DNA of 44,428 nucleotides from Chiloscyllium plagiosum (GCF_004010195.1 NC_057728.1:54273607-54318034); one strand, 5' to 3'. Shown: positions 1-13,463, numbered from the stretch's first letter. The notes: generated by a model from the letters alone, not told the origin. Made by a program: numbers and translations.

Positions 1-683
1 GGATGTGAGCATAAGAGGTATAGTTAGTAAGTTTGCAGATGACACCAAAATTGGAGGTGTAGTGGACAGCGAAGAGGGTTACCTCAGATTACAACAGGAT
101 CTGGACCAGATGGGCCAATGGGCTGAGAAGTGGCAGATGGAGTTTAATTNNNNNNNNNNNNNNNNNNNNNNNNNNNNNNNNNNNNNNNNNNNNNNNNNNN
201 NNNNNNNNNNNNNNNNNNNNNNNNNNNNNNNNNNNNNNNNNNNNNNNNNNNNNNNNNNNNNNNNNNNNNNNNNNNNNNNNNNNNNNNNNNNNNNNNNNNN
301 NNNNNNAGAGGTTTACAAAATTATGAGGGGCATGGATAGGATAAATAGACAAAGTCTTTTCCCTGGGATCGGGGAGTCCAGAACTAGAGGGCATAGGTTT
401 AGGGTGAGAGGGGAAAGATATAAAAGAGACCTAAGGAGCAACGTTTTCACGCAGAGGGTGGTACGTGTATGAAATGAGCTGCCAGAGGATGTGGTAGAGG
501 CTGGTACAATTGCAACATTTAAGAGGCATCTGGATGGGTATATGAATAGGAAGGGTTTGGAGGGATATGGGCTGGGTGCTGACAGGTGGGACTAGATTGG
601 GTTGGGATATCTAGTCGGCATGGACAGGTTGGACCGAAGGGTCTGTTTCCAAGCTGTACATCTCTATGACTCTCTAACTCTAA
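1..683 (+). mobile_element. CR1 (HER1-like) LINE, 3' part, with assembly gap 150-306
   Basis: RT motif SKFADDTKIGG, WAEKWQMEFN and the SRTRGH C-terminus; ends in a ctctatgactctctaactct tail. Confidence 0.92.
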
Positions 684-904
684 GTAATGATCTAAGCAAA
701 AGCAATAAATGAGTCCTCTTGTATTGGTTTATAGTCTTGTAGCAAGTAATTAATAAATCATTAGCTTTCATTTTAAAAATCACAATAACTACACTTGCAT
801 GGAATTGTAATTATTGGGATAGCATGATTAAATCTATAATGATCATTTAATTTTAACGCATTGCTATTTACAGCATGGTGACATAAGAGCCTTATTGTGT
901 CCAG

Positions 905-1300
905 GGAGGTGGTGGTATTGAGGTAATATAATTTGATTAATAACAGAGGCCCAGATTAATGCTCTGGGAATATGAATTTAAATCCCAGCACAACAGTTAA
1001 TGAAATTTAAATTCATATCATAAATCTGAAATATAATGCCAGTTTCAGTAATGGTCACCGTAACAACTACCATCGATTCCCATAAAATCCCAATTGGTTC
1101 ACTAATGTGCTTCAGAGGAGGAAATCTGCCGTCCTTACCTGGTTTGGCTTACATGTTTCTCGATTACTATCAGCAATATTGTTGGCTCTTAACTGCTCTG
1201 GTGAAAAGGCCAAGTAAGTCCCTCAGTTCAAAAGCAATTAGCGATGGGCAAATACTGGCCTTGACAATGACTGCCACATTCCATGAAGATTTTTTTAAAA
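905..1300 (+). mobile_element. tRNA-derived SINE sharing its 3' end with the CR1/L2-group LINE
   Basis: Degenerate tRNA-like head; 3' end gcaattagcgatgggcaaatactggcc...ccacattccatgaa resembles the LINE ends near 43935-43995 (+) and 12020-12090 (-). Confidence 0.7.
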
Positions 1301-1494
1301 TGTTCAGTAATTGTGTACCCAGTAAAAAATCTGATCATATGTGTGTATTTAATGTGGCCACCTGCAAAACAGTCTCATCACAGTGCAGCAAGTTAAGTCT
1401 AGGAATTCTAATTGTTCCTTTTTTTAGGAAGCTCATAAATAATTGATTTTGTATAACTCATTAAGTCTGTCTGACCATCCTGCCTTCTAAACAG

Positions 1495-1628
1495 TCCACA
1501 GTGCTTCAGTGAACTGCTTGTCTTTTCATCCTTCTGGTAACTATCTTATCACTGCATCGAGTGATTGTACTCTCAAGATAATGGATTTGTTGGAAGGAAG
1601 ATTGCTTTACACTCTTCATGGACACCAG
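1495..1628 (+). CDS. POC1B: POC1B internal coding exon (WD40 repeat; equivalent to human exon 7)
   Basis: ttctaaacag| acceptor and |gtgaaa donor; 134 nt, phase 1 to 0. Translates (V)[44 protein letters not shown], recognisable POC1 WD40 sequence. Confidence 0.95.
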
Positions 1629-2017
1629 GTGAAAATAGTGACACATTATAAAGTGAAACTATTATGTATTTAGTTCTTTATAGTCTTTATAGTTCTCCAA
1701 TTGCTCTGTCATCTGATTCTGATTTACTTTTAAATCAGAATAAACCATTAGTGTTAAATCAGTAAATAAACTCAGCTGGGAAACTTGTACAAATTTGCTC
1801 CCTTCCAAAGGGATCTTGTGAAATGGCAGAAAACCTCTCAAAATGCGAAGTCACTTATATGTTTATTTATACTCTAATAGCTGTAAAGCAGTTTCATTTA
1901 TAGTTCTTTCTTAGAAAGGTATTATAGAAATGTGCATTAACATGACAAGTCTGAATGAAATGAAAACTTAATTATAAACTGCTCTTCAATAGACTAAACA
2001 AGTAATTTTTGTTTTAG

Positions 2018-2086
2018 GGCCCTGTACTTGCTGTAACATTTTCTAGGCATGGAGAGTATTTTGCTTCTGGTGGAAGTGATTCACAG
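2018..2086 (+). CDS. POC1B: POC1B coding exon (last WD40 repeat; equivalent to human exon 8)
   Basis: tttgttttag| acceptor and |gtttga donor; 69 nt. Translates GPVLAVTFSRHGEYFASGGSDSQ, in frame with the previous exon. Confidence 0.95.
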
Positions 2087-2619
2087 GTTTGACATTTTCT
2101 TTCTTATAATAATTAGTTTTGTCTGCTAAAGCAATAAAAGTTCATACAATAATGGAGGCTTGGCAAGTGTAATAACTTCCTTTCTCATAGTTTTTATTCC
2201 CAAAATCACAAGACTGGGATTTTCCATATAATTGGTGGAAAATCATGGGCTGAGAGCCTGACAGTTCCTGGCTGATACTCCATGTACTTGTAGTTCCCTC
2301 CATTCTCAGCAGCCATGCCCTCCTAACTCTCATCTATCCTTGAACGAAAACATTGTTTTTGTGCTGGATTCTCACCTCTGAGCAGAGGCACAGTGTGAAA
2401 TATTTTCTTGTTTAAAAGACTATATACAATAGGGCTATGTATATTTATTTTTATATGCTTTACCAAGCAAAAAGGCTTGTTTAGTTTCAATGCTTTGAAA
2501 CATTGTTTTGTATCTTTTTGATACTGTCACTCAGCAATATGAAAATGCTCATTTAGTTTGGATGGCAAAAGGGAACAGTTAAACATGGCATCCTCCCTTT
2601 ATCTCTAATATGTGTAGCT

Positions 2620-4980
2620 GTACAGATTGTAAATCCATTAGCTTTAGTGTTCCAGAATTCCATAGATTTTAGAGTAGTCCCCATGGATTGAGAAAATGCT
2701 AATGCAACCATGCTGATCAAGGAAAAGGAGAAAAGGATGAATTAGCCTGACATCATTAGGGAAATGCTTGGAATAAATTATTAAGAACATGGTAAGACAG
2801 CATTCAAAATTATATGATTAGGTAGAAATAACACAGATTTATGAAAATAAACTTGTGTTAATCTCTTTTTTGAGGTAATAATTAGCAATTTGGATAAGGA
2901 GTAGCCAATGCATGTGGTGTGTTTGGATTTTCAAAGCAAGTCTTCAATAAAGGTAAAACACTATAGGTTATTGCTTAAAATTAGGCATATGTTATTGAGG
3001 GTGACAGTTTAGAATGGATTAAGGATTGGTTATCAGACAGGAGTAGTTAAGTAGAAAGGAACAGTTCACTTTCATGTTGGCTGACTGGAGCCAGCACAGT
3101 TTCCCCAAGGATTAGTACTAGGGCCTTAGTTACTTGCAGTCTGTAATCAATATTTAGATGAAGGGATGAAGTTTACATGACTCCAAGCCTGATGGTGAAT
3201 TAGGAACTAAGGTACAGAGCTTTTCCATGGCAATAACTTTGACAATAATTCACTCATACACATTCCTCCAGATCTCCTGACTCTCGAACTGTGTTCCAGT
3301 TGTCCTTTTGTTGTGCTCAAACAAATAGGAGTAGGATCATGCAGCCCTTGAGCCTACTCAGCGATTTCTAAATTACAACCTTTCATCTACATCAAAGCAT
3401 TTTTCCATGATACTTCCATTTCCCTTGATTTCATTAGTATTTAGAAATTGACTGAGTTGAACACAGAAATCAATTAATGAGTTTCCACAGCCGTCTACAA
3501 AATTTGAATGTTTCGTTAGTGAGTGAAGCTGATCAATTAATGCCAAACACCTGTTTACCCTTAAATATGTAATTGACTTGGTAGTAACAGTATAATATAT
3601 CAAACTTTGTGTCTAAATTTGCTGACATTAATGTGTTATGACACAGCAGTGAACCCTACTGTTAATTAAAACAAACACCCAGAAAAGCCCGCCTCGCATC
3701 CTAGTCTGTTAAAATGAGTGACAAAGAATTCCCCAAATTCCACTATTTAAAGAAAATATCAATTTATCCTTTAACTCCAAAGGTAAACATTAAACAACAA
3801 CTATTTACAACTCTTAATCCCCCTTTCTCTTAACTCTTTATTACCTGCATCCAACCTTATAACAAAATACTGTTTCAATTTTTAAAAAAGTTAAAATTAC
3901 ATCAACTTAATTTCAAAACCACGCAGCGGCTATTGTCTTTGGTGTCTTGTCTTCCGCTGAAGATCTCCCTGGGTCGTCGCCTTACTTTTTACTGCACATG
4001 TGTTTCATGTGAAAAGGTACCTTTGATAGAGTATTTCCTAATTTCTTGGCAGTTGCACTGTCTGCAATTTTCAAAACGCCTGCATTTTTGCATTCCTAAC
4101 ATCGGATCATCTCGTTGGTTCGATTTTGGCAAAACAATAAATTCAAAAGCGATCGAGTTTTAGTATCCTGGGGCATACTTTAAACCGGTTAAATTCAAAT
4201 TGTTGTCAAAATTGCAACCAACTCTGGTATCTATTTCACAGCCAAATGTTACATATTTTCAATTTTCCAGTACACTCTGAGACTGTTGTCTAGTCATGTA
4301 CACAGGTGCTTGCTTGTAAGCTCTCAGTGCAGAACAAATTTCACTCTCTCTTAAAGGTACAGTACACACCTTCAACTTCATAACAAATGTTCGGTGAAAA
4401 GTAAACAGTGACGAGGACGCAAAGAGGCACAGTTAAGTGAGTGGAAAAGAATATGCCAGATGAAAATAATTTGAGCAAGTGTTGAGGATGAATACTCTGG
4501 ATGAAAAAATAAAGTATCATATTTTTGAATAGTGAAAGATTGGAGATCTTTGGCATGCAGAAGAATTTGGATGTCAATGTACAAATCCAGAAGTTTTACT
4601 GCAATTCTAAAATACTTTGTAGGATTGCACCTGGAGTACTGTGTACAAATTTGGTCTCTAAAACTAAAGTAGAATTGAAGAGATTGTAACAAAGATGCAA
4701 GGTTCCTGGAACGAGGCGGTTTTCCCAAGAGGAGAGTTTGGGTAAACTGGGTCTATCGTCCTTGCAGTTTAAAAGAATGAGGTAATCTCATTGCAACATA
4801 TAAAATTATAACTTTAGGTTAGGTGCTGAAGAATGTTTCCCATTATAGGGGAATCTAGAACTATTTGTCACTGTCTCAGAATAAATGGTTGCTGCTTATG
4901 GATTAAGGTAAGGAGAAATTTATTCATGCAGTGTCATTGATCTTTGAAATTCTTTATACCAGAGGTATTTGGATTTTTGA
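2620..4980 (+). mobile_element. Old, degenerate CR1 LINE (RT to 3' end), split by a solo LTR
   Basis: Remnant motifs: V.LDFQ (2917-2935), PQGLVLGP (3103-3126), SKFAD (3612-3626) continuing after 4389, and LHLEYCVQIWS (4625-4657). Confidence 0.75.
3634..4385. mobile_element. Solo LTR (Gypsy-type, 752 bp)
   Basis: Begins TGTTATGA and ends TCATAACA (8-bp inverted termini, TG...CA). Flanked by a 4-bp TSD AATG (3630-3633, 4386-4389). Interrupts the CR1 RT just after SKFAD. Confidence 0.85.
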
Positions 4981-6664
4981 TACTAAACCTCCTGCCTCAC
5001 CTTTGCCCTTGGCTCAGTTCATCTCTTGGTGGAACCTTCAACTAGACTCAACTATTCCAATTCATTTCTGATTAATTCTCCTCTCATCTAACCTCCACAT
5101 ATTTGAAGCTGTCAAAAACTGTTGATATAACTCGTAACGAGTTATGTTCCCCAATTGCTTTAAACTCAAGTTGACCTGTGACCTAACTGCTCTTACAAAG
5201 CAATCCCTTAATTACTGATGATATGTTCAAGATCTGTTCAGTTGGTGTGCATTGCACTAGCACAAAATGTATGATAAAACTACAATTTTAGACAATTGAC
5301 CTAACCATTATATAGTTAATCAGAATATGTCCCAGCAATGTGTTGGCATAGTTTCAACTTTTATGTTAGCACTGTAAATTAAGTGGTTAATTTCTTAAGG
5401 AGGTTCTTTTTAAAGACAAATTAATCACAGAAGCTAAGCAAACAAATTTTAAGCTCCTATTGATACAAATGCAAATACCTCAATTTTCTAACTAAATGTC
5501 TGAATGCTCCAATTTAGTAAATTTTCACTCAAAATTAGTTTACAGGAAAAATGCCACAGTTATTTTCCTCAGTTGGAGCACTCCTCAACTTTCTCAGTGT
5601 GAGGAAACACAAGCAATTTCTCATGAAACCAGTTCTCATAATTTGACACTCCCAATTGTTGGAAACATCATGATGCAACTGTTCCAAGACCAATATATTT
5701 CTTATAAAACTCGGTTCTCAAAATTGAATGCAGTACTGCAACTGGAGTGACATAGTCATCGAGAAGAGATGGGAGGTGATAGTCACGAATAATACGACAC
5801 AGCTTACCTTTGGATCTTTTTGTTAAATAAATCTTTGTTCCTTATGAACACAGTGAGCAGAGTTAAGGAGCTAATTAGCACATCAAGTATTTTTATTGCT
5901 TCAATACATGTATACAAGATATATATAGTGCTAATCACTGACTCTCAAATAACCAAAAAGCCAGTTCTTTTACCTTTTTTTTAAATCTAATAAAGATCTG
6001 ACTAATTTAAATTCTGCAAATTTTACTTTTGGTTTGCACTTTTGGATTAGGTAAATCAATTATTTTTGTTCTTCGCAGTAAATAATTCAGCTTGAAATTT
6101 TCAACTTAAATCCATGTAATTGTATTCAGCAAATTATAGCGATCAACAATGTAACCAGAAACAGGAAATGAAATTTTAGATAATATTTTATCAGTAGTAA
6201 AACAAATTTGAATAAAATTAATGCAGTAATTGAATCAATTAAATATAGGGTTGAGTTTTAGATATTTACTTGAGGCAGCCCTATTCTAAGTTATTAATTT
6301 TAGCTTAAGCTGACAAAATTACTGATTGCAAGAGTTTTAAAAAAAAAGACATTTCAAATCATTATACAGCCAGTCCGATTTTCCTCCTCTTTCTTTCAGT
6401 TGAATGGAAGGTATCAAGTTATATAATGTTTTAAAAATTCTGCTATTAACCCTGTGTGCTTTGGTGCTGGCCAGTCACTTTTCAAGAGATACTATCTTCA
6501 TGATAAAGCCTTGCCATAAAGCTATCACGCATTTGTTCCTATTAAACTGCATGTGTAAACTGATCTCAACTGGATACTTGGGAAGCAATAGATTGGGTTA
6601 TATAGTGTATGCATATTTGGTTGCATCAATGTCGGGCACATATTTCCAATTGCAACAAGACCAG

Positions 6665-6940
6665 ACCTAGAGGCCATAAATATGAGACAGTCATTGATAA
6701 GTTTGATAGTGAATTCAGGAGAAACTTAATTACCCAGATGATGGCTAAAATACCAAATTCCTCGTCATAAAAAAGTACTTAAGGTAACTAGTTAAGATGC
6801 ATATAAATTGAACCTGGATAAACACTTGACGAAAGAATTAGAAGGTTATGTTGACATATGATGAAGGATAGGAGAAGCTTCATGTGGACCATGAAAACCA
6901 GCATGGACCTGTTGGGCTGAATGTTGTCATCCATCTGCAA
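6665..6940 (+). mobile_element. Degenerate CR1-like 3' end
   Basis: ctagaggccataaatatgag...ttcaggagaaact and ...gcatggacctgttgggctgaatg resemble other CR1 3' ends in the window. Confidence 0.55.
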
Positions 6941-8249
6941 TAGAAAATTGGAAAGGGCTGGGAACGGGTTCCTTTTCTGTCTTGACCATGTTAGAGTCAG
7001 ATGAGGACTGGAATGCCCCCCTCTTTGTTTGACCACCATGGAATTTTTTTTTAAACAAAAAACCTGTCCTTTCAGTTGATATTTAACTGCTTCACACTGT
7101 GAATGTAAAAGATACATACAAATTAGTTTCCACACTCCTTTTAGAAGGAAAGGAAAATAATCTTTATTTTACTTAACATCCAATCTAATTGAAAATAATG
7201 AGTTTTCTAATTGTCACTCATCCTTTCAGACATGCAGACAAGTATAAACTACCAAGTGACAGATTAGATTGAATAGTTTTCAGAAGTCCAAAAATAAATT
7301 AGTTTTATGTGGATTGAGTAGATTGATGCCTTGGATGGTTTCAGACTAGGCGCACTGATCTTTCTGAATTCTATAGTAAGACAATTTAAAATTTTGGAAA
7401 GTTTCTATTTGGTCTTCTAAAGTTAGCTGCTGAGTTGGGTTTGGACACAGCCCATAACAGATAAGTGGTCAACAATAGACAAGGCTCAACCTTTCATGAA
7501 TGGTGCAACAGTGCTTATTCAAGATCCTTCCTCGATTACGTCTTTCCTTCTCTTATGCATCTTAATGAAAAGCAGTTCCTTAAAACGCAAAAGGGAATTA
7601 GTTGGATTATCAAATAGAATGGTCCTCTCTCAACAACTGAGCAGTTACCCAACATGGCCATGAGAAGTGAATTCCAGGTCCATGACTTAGATATTATTAA
7701 AATACAGCTATAACTAAGTTCCCTTCTCAGCCAGAGTGTCTTGTTCAGAATAAATAGGTCCAATGTCTGTTTCCATGTCCAGTTGAATAGCTGGTTGTCT
7801 AAAAACTTTGTGAAAGATGCTGGAAGTGAACCAATAACTCTAAAAGGTGATTGCCCTTGTTTTTTTTTTCTATATGGTGTGGCTCCATTACAATGGCTTT
7901 ATAATTTACTGGGGGTACAGTTGTGTTAATGTTCAGCCATTTAGAAGCTGCTGTTTTAGTCCACTAATGTGGTATTATTCAGTTTTCTTTGTAAACTCCA
8001 TCAGTGATTTAAATCCAATAAATAAATTTCGTCATTTTCGATATAAAGCATGGCTGTGTCACAATAATTAAATGACGTCTGAAATGAAACCTAAAACTCA
8101 AGTGAGAAATTAACTTCAGTACCGTACTACTTCAGCTGTACTAAAATCATTTAAAATCCTTTTGCAACAGTAAATACATTTTCGTCTTCGTATCTCTGTA
8201 TGAGAGTGACCTGTTTTGTGTTGAACTTCAAATAATGGAACTGGTAGCT

Positions 8250-8430
8250 AGAGACATAGAGATGTACACCATGGAAACAGTCCAACCCGTCCATGCCGAC
8301 CAGATATGCCAACCCAATCTAGTCCCACCTGCCAGCACCCTGCCCATATCCCTCCAAACCCTTCCTATTCATATACCCATCCAAATGCCTCTTAAATGTT
8401 GCAATTGTACCAGCCTCCACCACTTCCTCC
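8250..8430 (-). mobile_element. CR1 3' terminal fragment
   Basis: Near-identical reverse complement of 490-670. Confidence 0.9.
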
Positions 8431-9339
8431 CAATCTCTAAATCAGGTTAGAAGCACACTCTTGTAGATCTATTATCTTAATATCTATGGTGGGAATCTAC
8501 TGCTACCCTTTTTATAAAGGAAATAACTCAAACATGTAGCAAAAACAAAAGCCATAAATCCATTCAAACATGGGGTTACGAAAGGTGAATGGGAACTAGC
8601 AAATTTAATGGAATTCTTTGATCTTTATGTTGATTTCATGTTTTGACCTTTTAGAAAACATTTCATCAGGCCCTAACGGAGTTCTGGCTGAACTAAAGCC
8701 TCATATGTCCTAAGATTAAAATGAGAGTTGAATCATTATTGGATAGGCAACGCTAAGAAGCTGCTTTCAATGGTCACAGCTCTGGCTGTGACAAATGGAG
8801 CCCTCTGAGCATAACTTTGAGGTGCATGGTATTTTGAACATTTGCTATTGGGTCTTTGTATTCTAAGAATATCTATAGATGACAAAGCTTTGTAGCAAGT
8901 GTGGTACAAAACAATGTAATGACTCTTGTAATTGAACAAATAAATAGAGTTTAGAATTGAGAACTAGATGTCACTGCAAAAGCCAACCACATAAAAATCA
9001 TAATGAAATTTATCTCAAAATAAAGTCAGTATGCTTGTAATTGTTTGCTATCACTTTTGAAATATCTTAATACATGTTGCAGTAATTGTCAAAGAAGGTA
9101 GAATATTGACTACTATTTAGATCCATCGGTCATGAATGTAATTAATATTGAATGTCTAAAGCATTATTGAAATAACACAGTAACTACAGTGATCTGCTAA
9201 AGCATGAAGGCAATTGAAAGAACTTAGTAGTTCAATTAGGACAAGTACTGACTTGAAACAGGTTCGCAAAATGAATATTGCAGTTTAAGATGAAAGAACT
9301 GGGGTACTGGTCTTGCTGTTGGCCCTTGTAATTTAGAGA

Positions 9340-9650
9340 CGCTTTGCATCGAGATGGGTATCGTCTTTTGGATGAACTGTAAAATAGTGCCATTGTCTGC
9401 CACGTCCGGGCATACAGTGCAGGATCCCATGGCACTATTTGAAGAAAAGGAAGTTTCTTCCATTTTCCTACTCAGCATCTATCTCTCAACCATCATTAAA
9501 ACACAATTGTGAATTATTTCATTGCCGTTTATGGGGGCTTGCCCTATGCAATTTGAGTCCTATATTAACTACAGTAACTACATTTAAAAAGCGTTAAAGA
9601 CATACAAAGTATTCTGAAGTATTCCTAAACCAGATGACAAGGTCATTTCA
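9340..9650 (+). mobile_element. DeuSINE (SacSINE1-like) fragment
   Basis: Deu-domain-like motifs cgtcttttggatga...gatcccatggcactatttgaagaa...atctctcaacca, recognised from memory. Confidence 0.7.
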
Positions 9651-9667
9651 CAAAAAGGGTCATTTTC

Positions 9668-9968
9668 ACAGAATCCCTACAATGTGGGATTTGGGCCATC
9701 AAGTCCACACCAACCCTCTGTGAATCATCCCACTCAGACTCACACCCCCCCCCCCCCCCCCATCCCTATAACCCTGCATCTCCCATGGCCAATCCACCTA
9801 ACATGCACATCTTTGGACAGTGGGAAGAAGCCAGAGTACCCAGAGGAAACCCACGCAGACACCAGAAGTATGTGCAAACTCCACATAGGCGCTCATCAAA
9901 AGTAGAATTGAAGCCAGGACCCTGGCACTGAGCGATAGTAGTGCTCACCACTGAACCACCATGCCACT
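9668..9968 (-). mobile_element. HE1-type V-SINE
   Basis: Reverse complement of the tRNA-like head plus the V-domain (gtggagtttgcac...gggtttcctc); CR1-like tail. Confidence 0.88.
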
Positions 9969-10902
9969 CAAAATTTTTTCCACAATTTTCTGAACTATTT
10001 TAAACTTTAAATATTTTTTAAGAAAAGGCTTCACTACCTTTAAGAGAAAGATAGGAGGAAGGTCAGACAGGGAGGGTTTCAGTCACTCACTGCCTGCTAC
10101 CGTGTGTATTTACTGCCTTTATCAATTCTAAAACTTACTTCTGCAAATGTAAGATTTCACCAGCATGGGGTTTGAATTCTATATATACAGTAAAAATACA
10201 TGCAAGCAAATACAGAAAGATCCTACCTTAGAGCAAAACATGATGACAAAGAAGCTGCACATATTCTCATTGAGAAAAATAAAACAGACTGAAATGTGAT
10301 TTTTTTTTCAAGCATTTGGTCAGGAAGGGAATCGGTGAAATCCATCTGAAGAATTTATTTGTGTTGAGACGCTTAGGGGCTAGATGTAGGTTTAATGTTA
10401 GGCAGTTTTGTTTTTGCCAAGTGCTTTCCAGAGAGCATGTCTTTTTCCGGCTAGGCTGGATTCAATTTACACGGGTGGAAAGAAACTATCCAGATTTACT
10501 TTTATCTAATTAGCCTGGGCTTTTCATGAGGTAGTTTTGTGTCTCAGCTCAGTCTCTTCAATTATGTTGTAATCCATCAGACATTACAACTAAATGAGAT
10601 AAGCTAGATGGATCAAAGGGGCTTTTCCCATCCGACATTCTCATTTATTAAAAATGTTCACATGGGATCTTCATTCTAATAGATCTGTTATTATTCTAAT
10701 TAAGTAACTGCATCAATGCATGAGGTTGAGTAATGTAATCTTACTGGGTCTTGTATTTGAAAATTAGTTGGGTAAGATTGAGAAAAACAATCTTAAAGAT
10801 TTTAACTAACAATTGTATCCAATCAGTTTACTACAAAATTGCCATTCAATTTTACCAGCACGTGGATTATATTTCTTGATTCCTTCTTTGTTTTAAGCCT
10901 GC

Positions 10903-11220
10903 TTAGATTAGATTAGATTACTTACAGTGTGGAAACAGGCCCTTCGGCCCAACAAGTCCACACCGACCCGCCGAAGCGCAACCCACCCATACCCCTACAT
11001 TTACCCCTTATCTAACACTACGGAGAATTTAGCATGGCCAATTCACCTGACCTGCACATCTTTGTGACTGTGGGAGGAAACCGGAGCACCCGGAGGAAAC
11101 CCACGCAGACACTGGGAGAATGTGCAAACTCCACACAGTCAGTCGCCTGAGGCGGGAATTGAACCCGGGTCTCTGGTGCTGTGAGGCAGCAGTGCTAACC
11201 ACTGTGCCACCGTGCCGCCC
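10903..11220 (-). mobile_element. HE1-type V-SINE, young full-length copy
   Basis: Starts gggcggcacggtggcacagtggttagc on the - strand; B-box ggttcaattcc; (aatct)n tail; very similar to 20607-20927. Confidence 0.93.
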
Positions 11221-11384
11221 ACTTAGAGCTATACATGATGCTTTGCAATCAATTAAAACTCAACTAATATTACCAGAGGTAGTACAGTTATTCATTTATC
11301 ATTCTGCAATTGAACAGAATTTTATTAGGCTTCTCAGATGTGCTTACTAATGTTATAATTGGATACTTGTTAACTTGCATTTAA

Positions 11385-11565
11385 GCCTGACATCATCTAT
11401 GACAAAGCTGCCTTCTTGCTTAGTACCAATCCACCACCTCCAACATTCTTTCCCTTCACCACAGATGCACAATGGCGGCAATGTGCACTATTTATAAGAT
11501 GCACTGCAGTAACTTACCAAGACTGCTTCAACAGCACATTCTAAACATATTGGATCTACCATTTA
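11385..11565 (+). mobile_element. CR1/L2-group LINE fragment
   Basis: Resembles 43165-43340 (ctgacatcatctatgacaaagctgcc...gcactgcag). Confidence 0.65.
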
Positions 11566-11589
11566 ATCAAAAACAAATTTGTTTTGCAG

Positions 11590-11742
11590 GTGTTGGTATG
11601 GAAGACAAATTTTGACAGTATTCCTTATAACAAGGTTCTGAAAAGCCTTAGTGTAAGAACAAATCCTGACCCTGCTCCTCATATCACTGATATTCACCCA
11701 AGAATTCCTCATCTGCATACTTCAGGACCTCAGTTGATTCAG
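11590..11742 (+). CDS. POC1B: POC1B coding exon (end of WD40 domain and linker; equivalent to human exon 9)
   Basis: gttttgcag| acceptor and |gtaatt donor; 153 nt. Translates VLVWKTNFDSIPYNKVLKSLSVRTNPDPAPHITDIHPRIPHLHTSGPQLIQ; the PH..DI.PR.PH motif matches POC1B rather than POC1A as I recall them. Confidence 0.93.
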
Positions 11743-12004
11743 GTAATTGTATTATACACCAATTTGCCTAGCAGCTAATTCAAACAGATGAAACTGTATG
11801 AAGTTCATTAATGTAAAGTGAGGATCACTGAAACAATATGTGAATGATCTAATATATTCTTGAAAGTAGTAACTTTGTATTATGTGTATGAGTAAAATGA
11901 ATAGAAAATAATTGACTGACTAATTGATACCTTAAATTCATTTGGTGAAAGGGTTTATTAATTACAGATGTTATTTGAAACCCAATGTTGAATGAATATT
12001 GTTT

Positions 12005-12945
12005 CTCATGCATACATTCTTTTATTCATATATGGGATGTGAGCATCATTGGCTGGGTTAATATTTATTGTCCATCTCTAATTGCCCAGAAGAAAGCTGC
12101 CACCTTGAACCTCTGCAATCTGTGTACTTGGGAAAATGAGTTTCAGGGTTTTCAACCGGTAATGCTGAAGGGATAGTAGTATAGATCCAAGTCAGGTTGG
12201 TGTGTGGCTTGGAGGGGATCTTGCAGGTGGTGGTGTACCCATGCATCAGCTGCCCTTGTCCTCCTTGATGATAGAGCCTACATGTTTAGAATGTCCTGTT
12301 GAAGGAGTCTTGGTAAGTTACTGTAGGGCATCTCGTAAATGGTGCACATTGCTGACGTGCATCTGTGGTGAAGGGAAAGAATGTTGGAGGTGATGGATTT
12401 GTGCCAAGCAAGAGGGCATCTTTGTCATAGATGGTGTCAGGCTTTTTAGAATGTTTTTGGAGTTGTGCTCATCCAGCAAAGTGGCAAGTATTCTATCACA
12501 GTCCTGACTTGTGTTGTGACTGGTTGACCGGCTGAGGGGAAACAGGAGATGAGTTATTTGTCATAAAATTCCACCTGTTCTAGTAATCACCGTATTTATA
12601 TGGCTGGTCCAGTTCCATTTCTGGTCAGTAGTAATCCCTAGGATGCTGATAGTGGAATATTAAGTGAACATGCCTTAAGTGCCTCTGAACGTCAAGGGGT
12701 AATGATGAGATTCTGTCTTGTTGGAAATTTTCATTGCCATCTTGTATGATATGAATGTTACTTAATAATTATCAGCATAAGTCTATATTTTGTCCAGATC
12801 TTGCTGCATGTGGACATGGATTGCTGCGGTATCTGGGGAATTGTAAATGGTACGGAGCATTGTACAACCATCAATGAACATCCCCACTTCTGACCTTATG
12901 ACAGAGGGCAGTTATCAAAAAAGCAGATTGTTAGCCTAGGATACA
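12005..12945 (-). mobile_element. CR1/L2-group LINE, 3' part
   Basis: Reverse-complement homology to 42300-43610 and 43700-44000. Confidence 0.8.
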
Positions 12946-12949
12946 CAAA

Positions 12950-13240
12950 AACAAGAATAGGCCACCTATCCTTTCACTCCTACTCCACTACTCAATACAA
13001 TCATGGTTGATCTAATTTTAATCTCAACTCTATATTCCTGCATATCACCTCCAATGTTTTTTATCCCCTTGGAAATCAAGAATCTATCCACCTCTGCCTC
13101 AATATTTGAAGATTCTACATCCAATGTCATTTGAGGAACAGAATTTCAAATATTCTCAATCCCAGAGACCAAGAAAATGCTTCCTCATCTCTGTCTTAAA
13201 TGAGTGACCCCTTATTTTCAAACTGTGACCGTTAGTTCTT
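12950..13240 (-). mobile_element. CR1 3' end (second subfamily)
   Basis: Reverse complement resembles 4850-4960 and 26030-26225 (ggtcacagtttgaaaataagggg...ttaagacagagatgaggaag). Confidence 0.7.
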
Positions 13241-13463
13241 AGCTGTTTCTTTTTGTTTTATATGGCATTTGAAAATAAATTTATTATGACTTATGATGTT
13301 TAAATCATGATGTTAACCCTGACAATGAATCACTTGGCAGAAAATATAGTTCCTCTTCTTGGTTTAACTGTGCCAAAATATATTTGAAATCACAAGCTTT
13401 TGGAATGCGGCCCCTTCATCAGGTGAAGTGAAAAAGAAGATCACACAGACACAGAATTTATAG

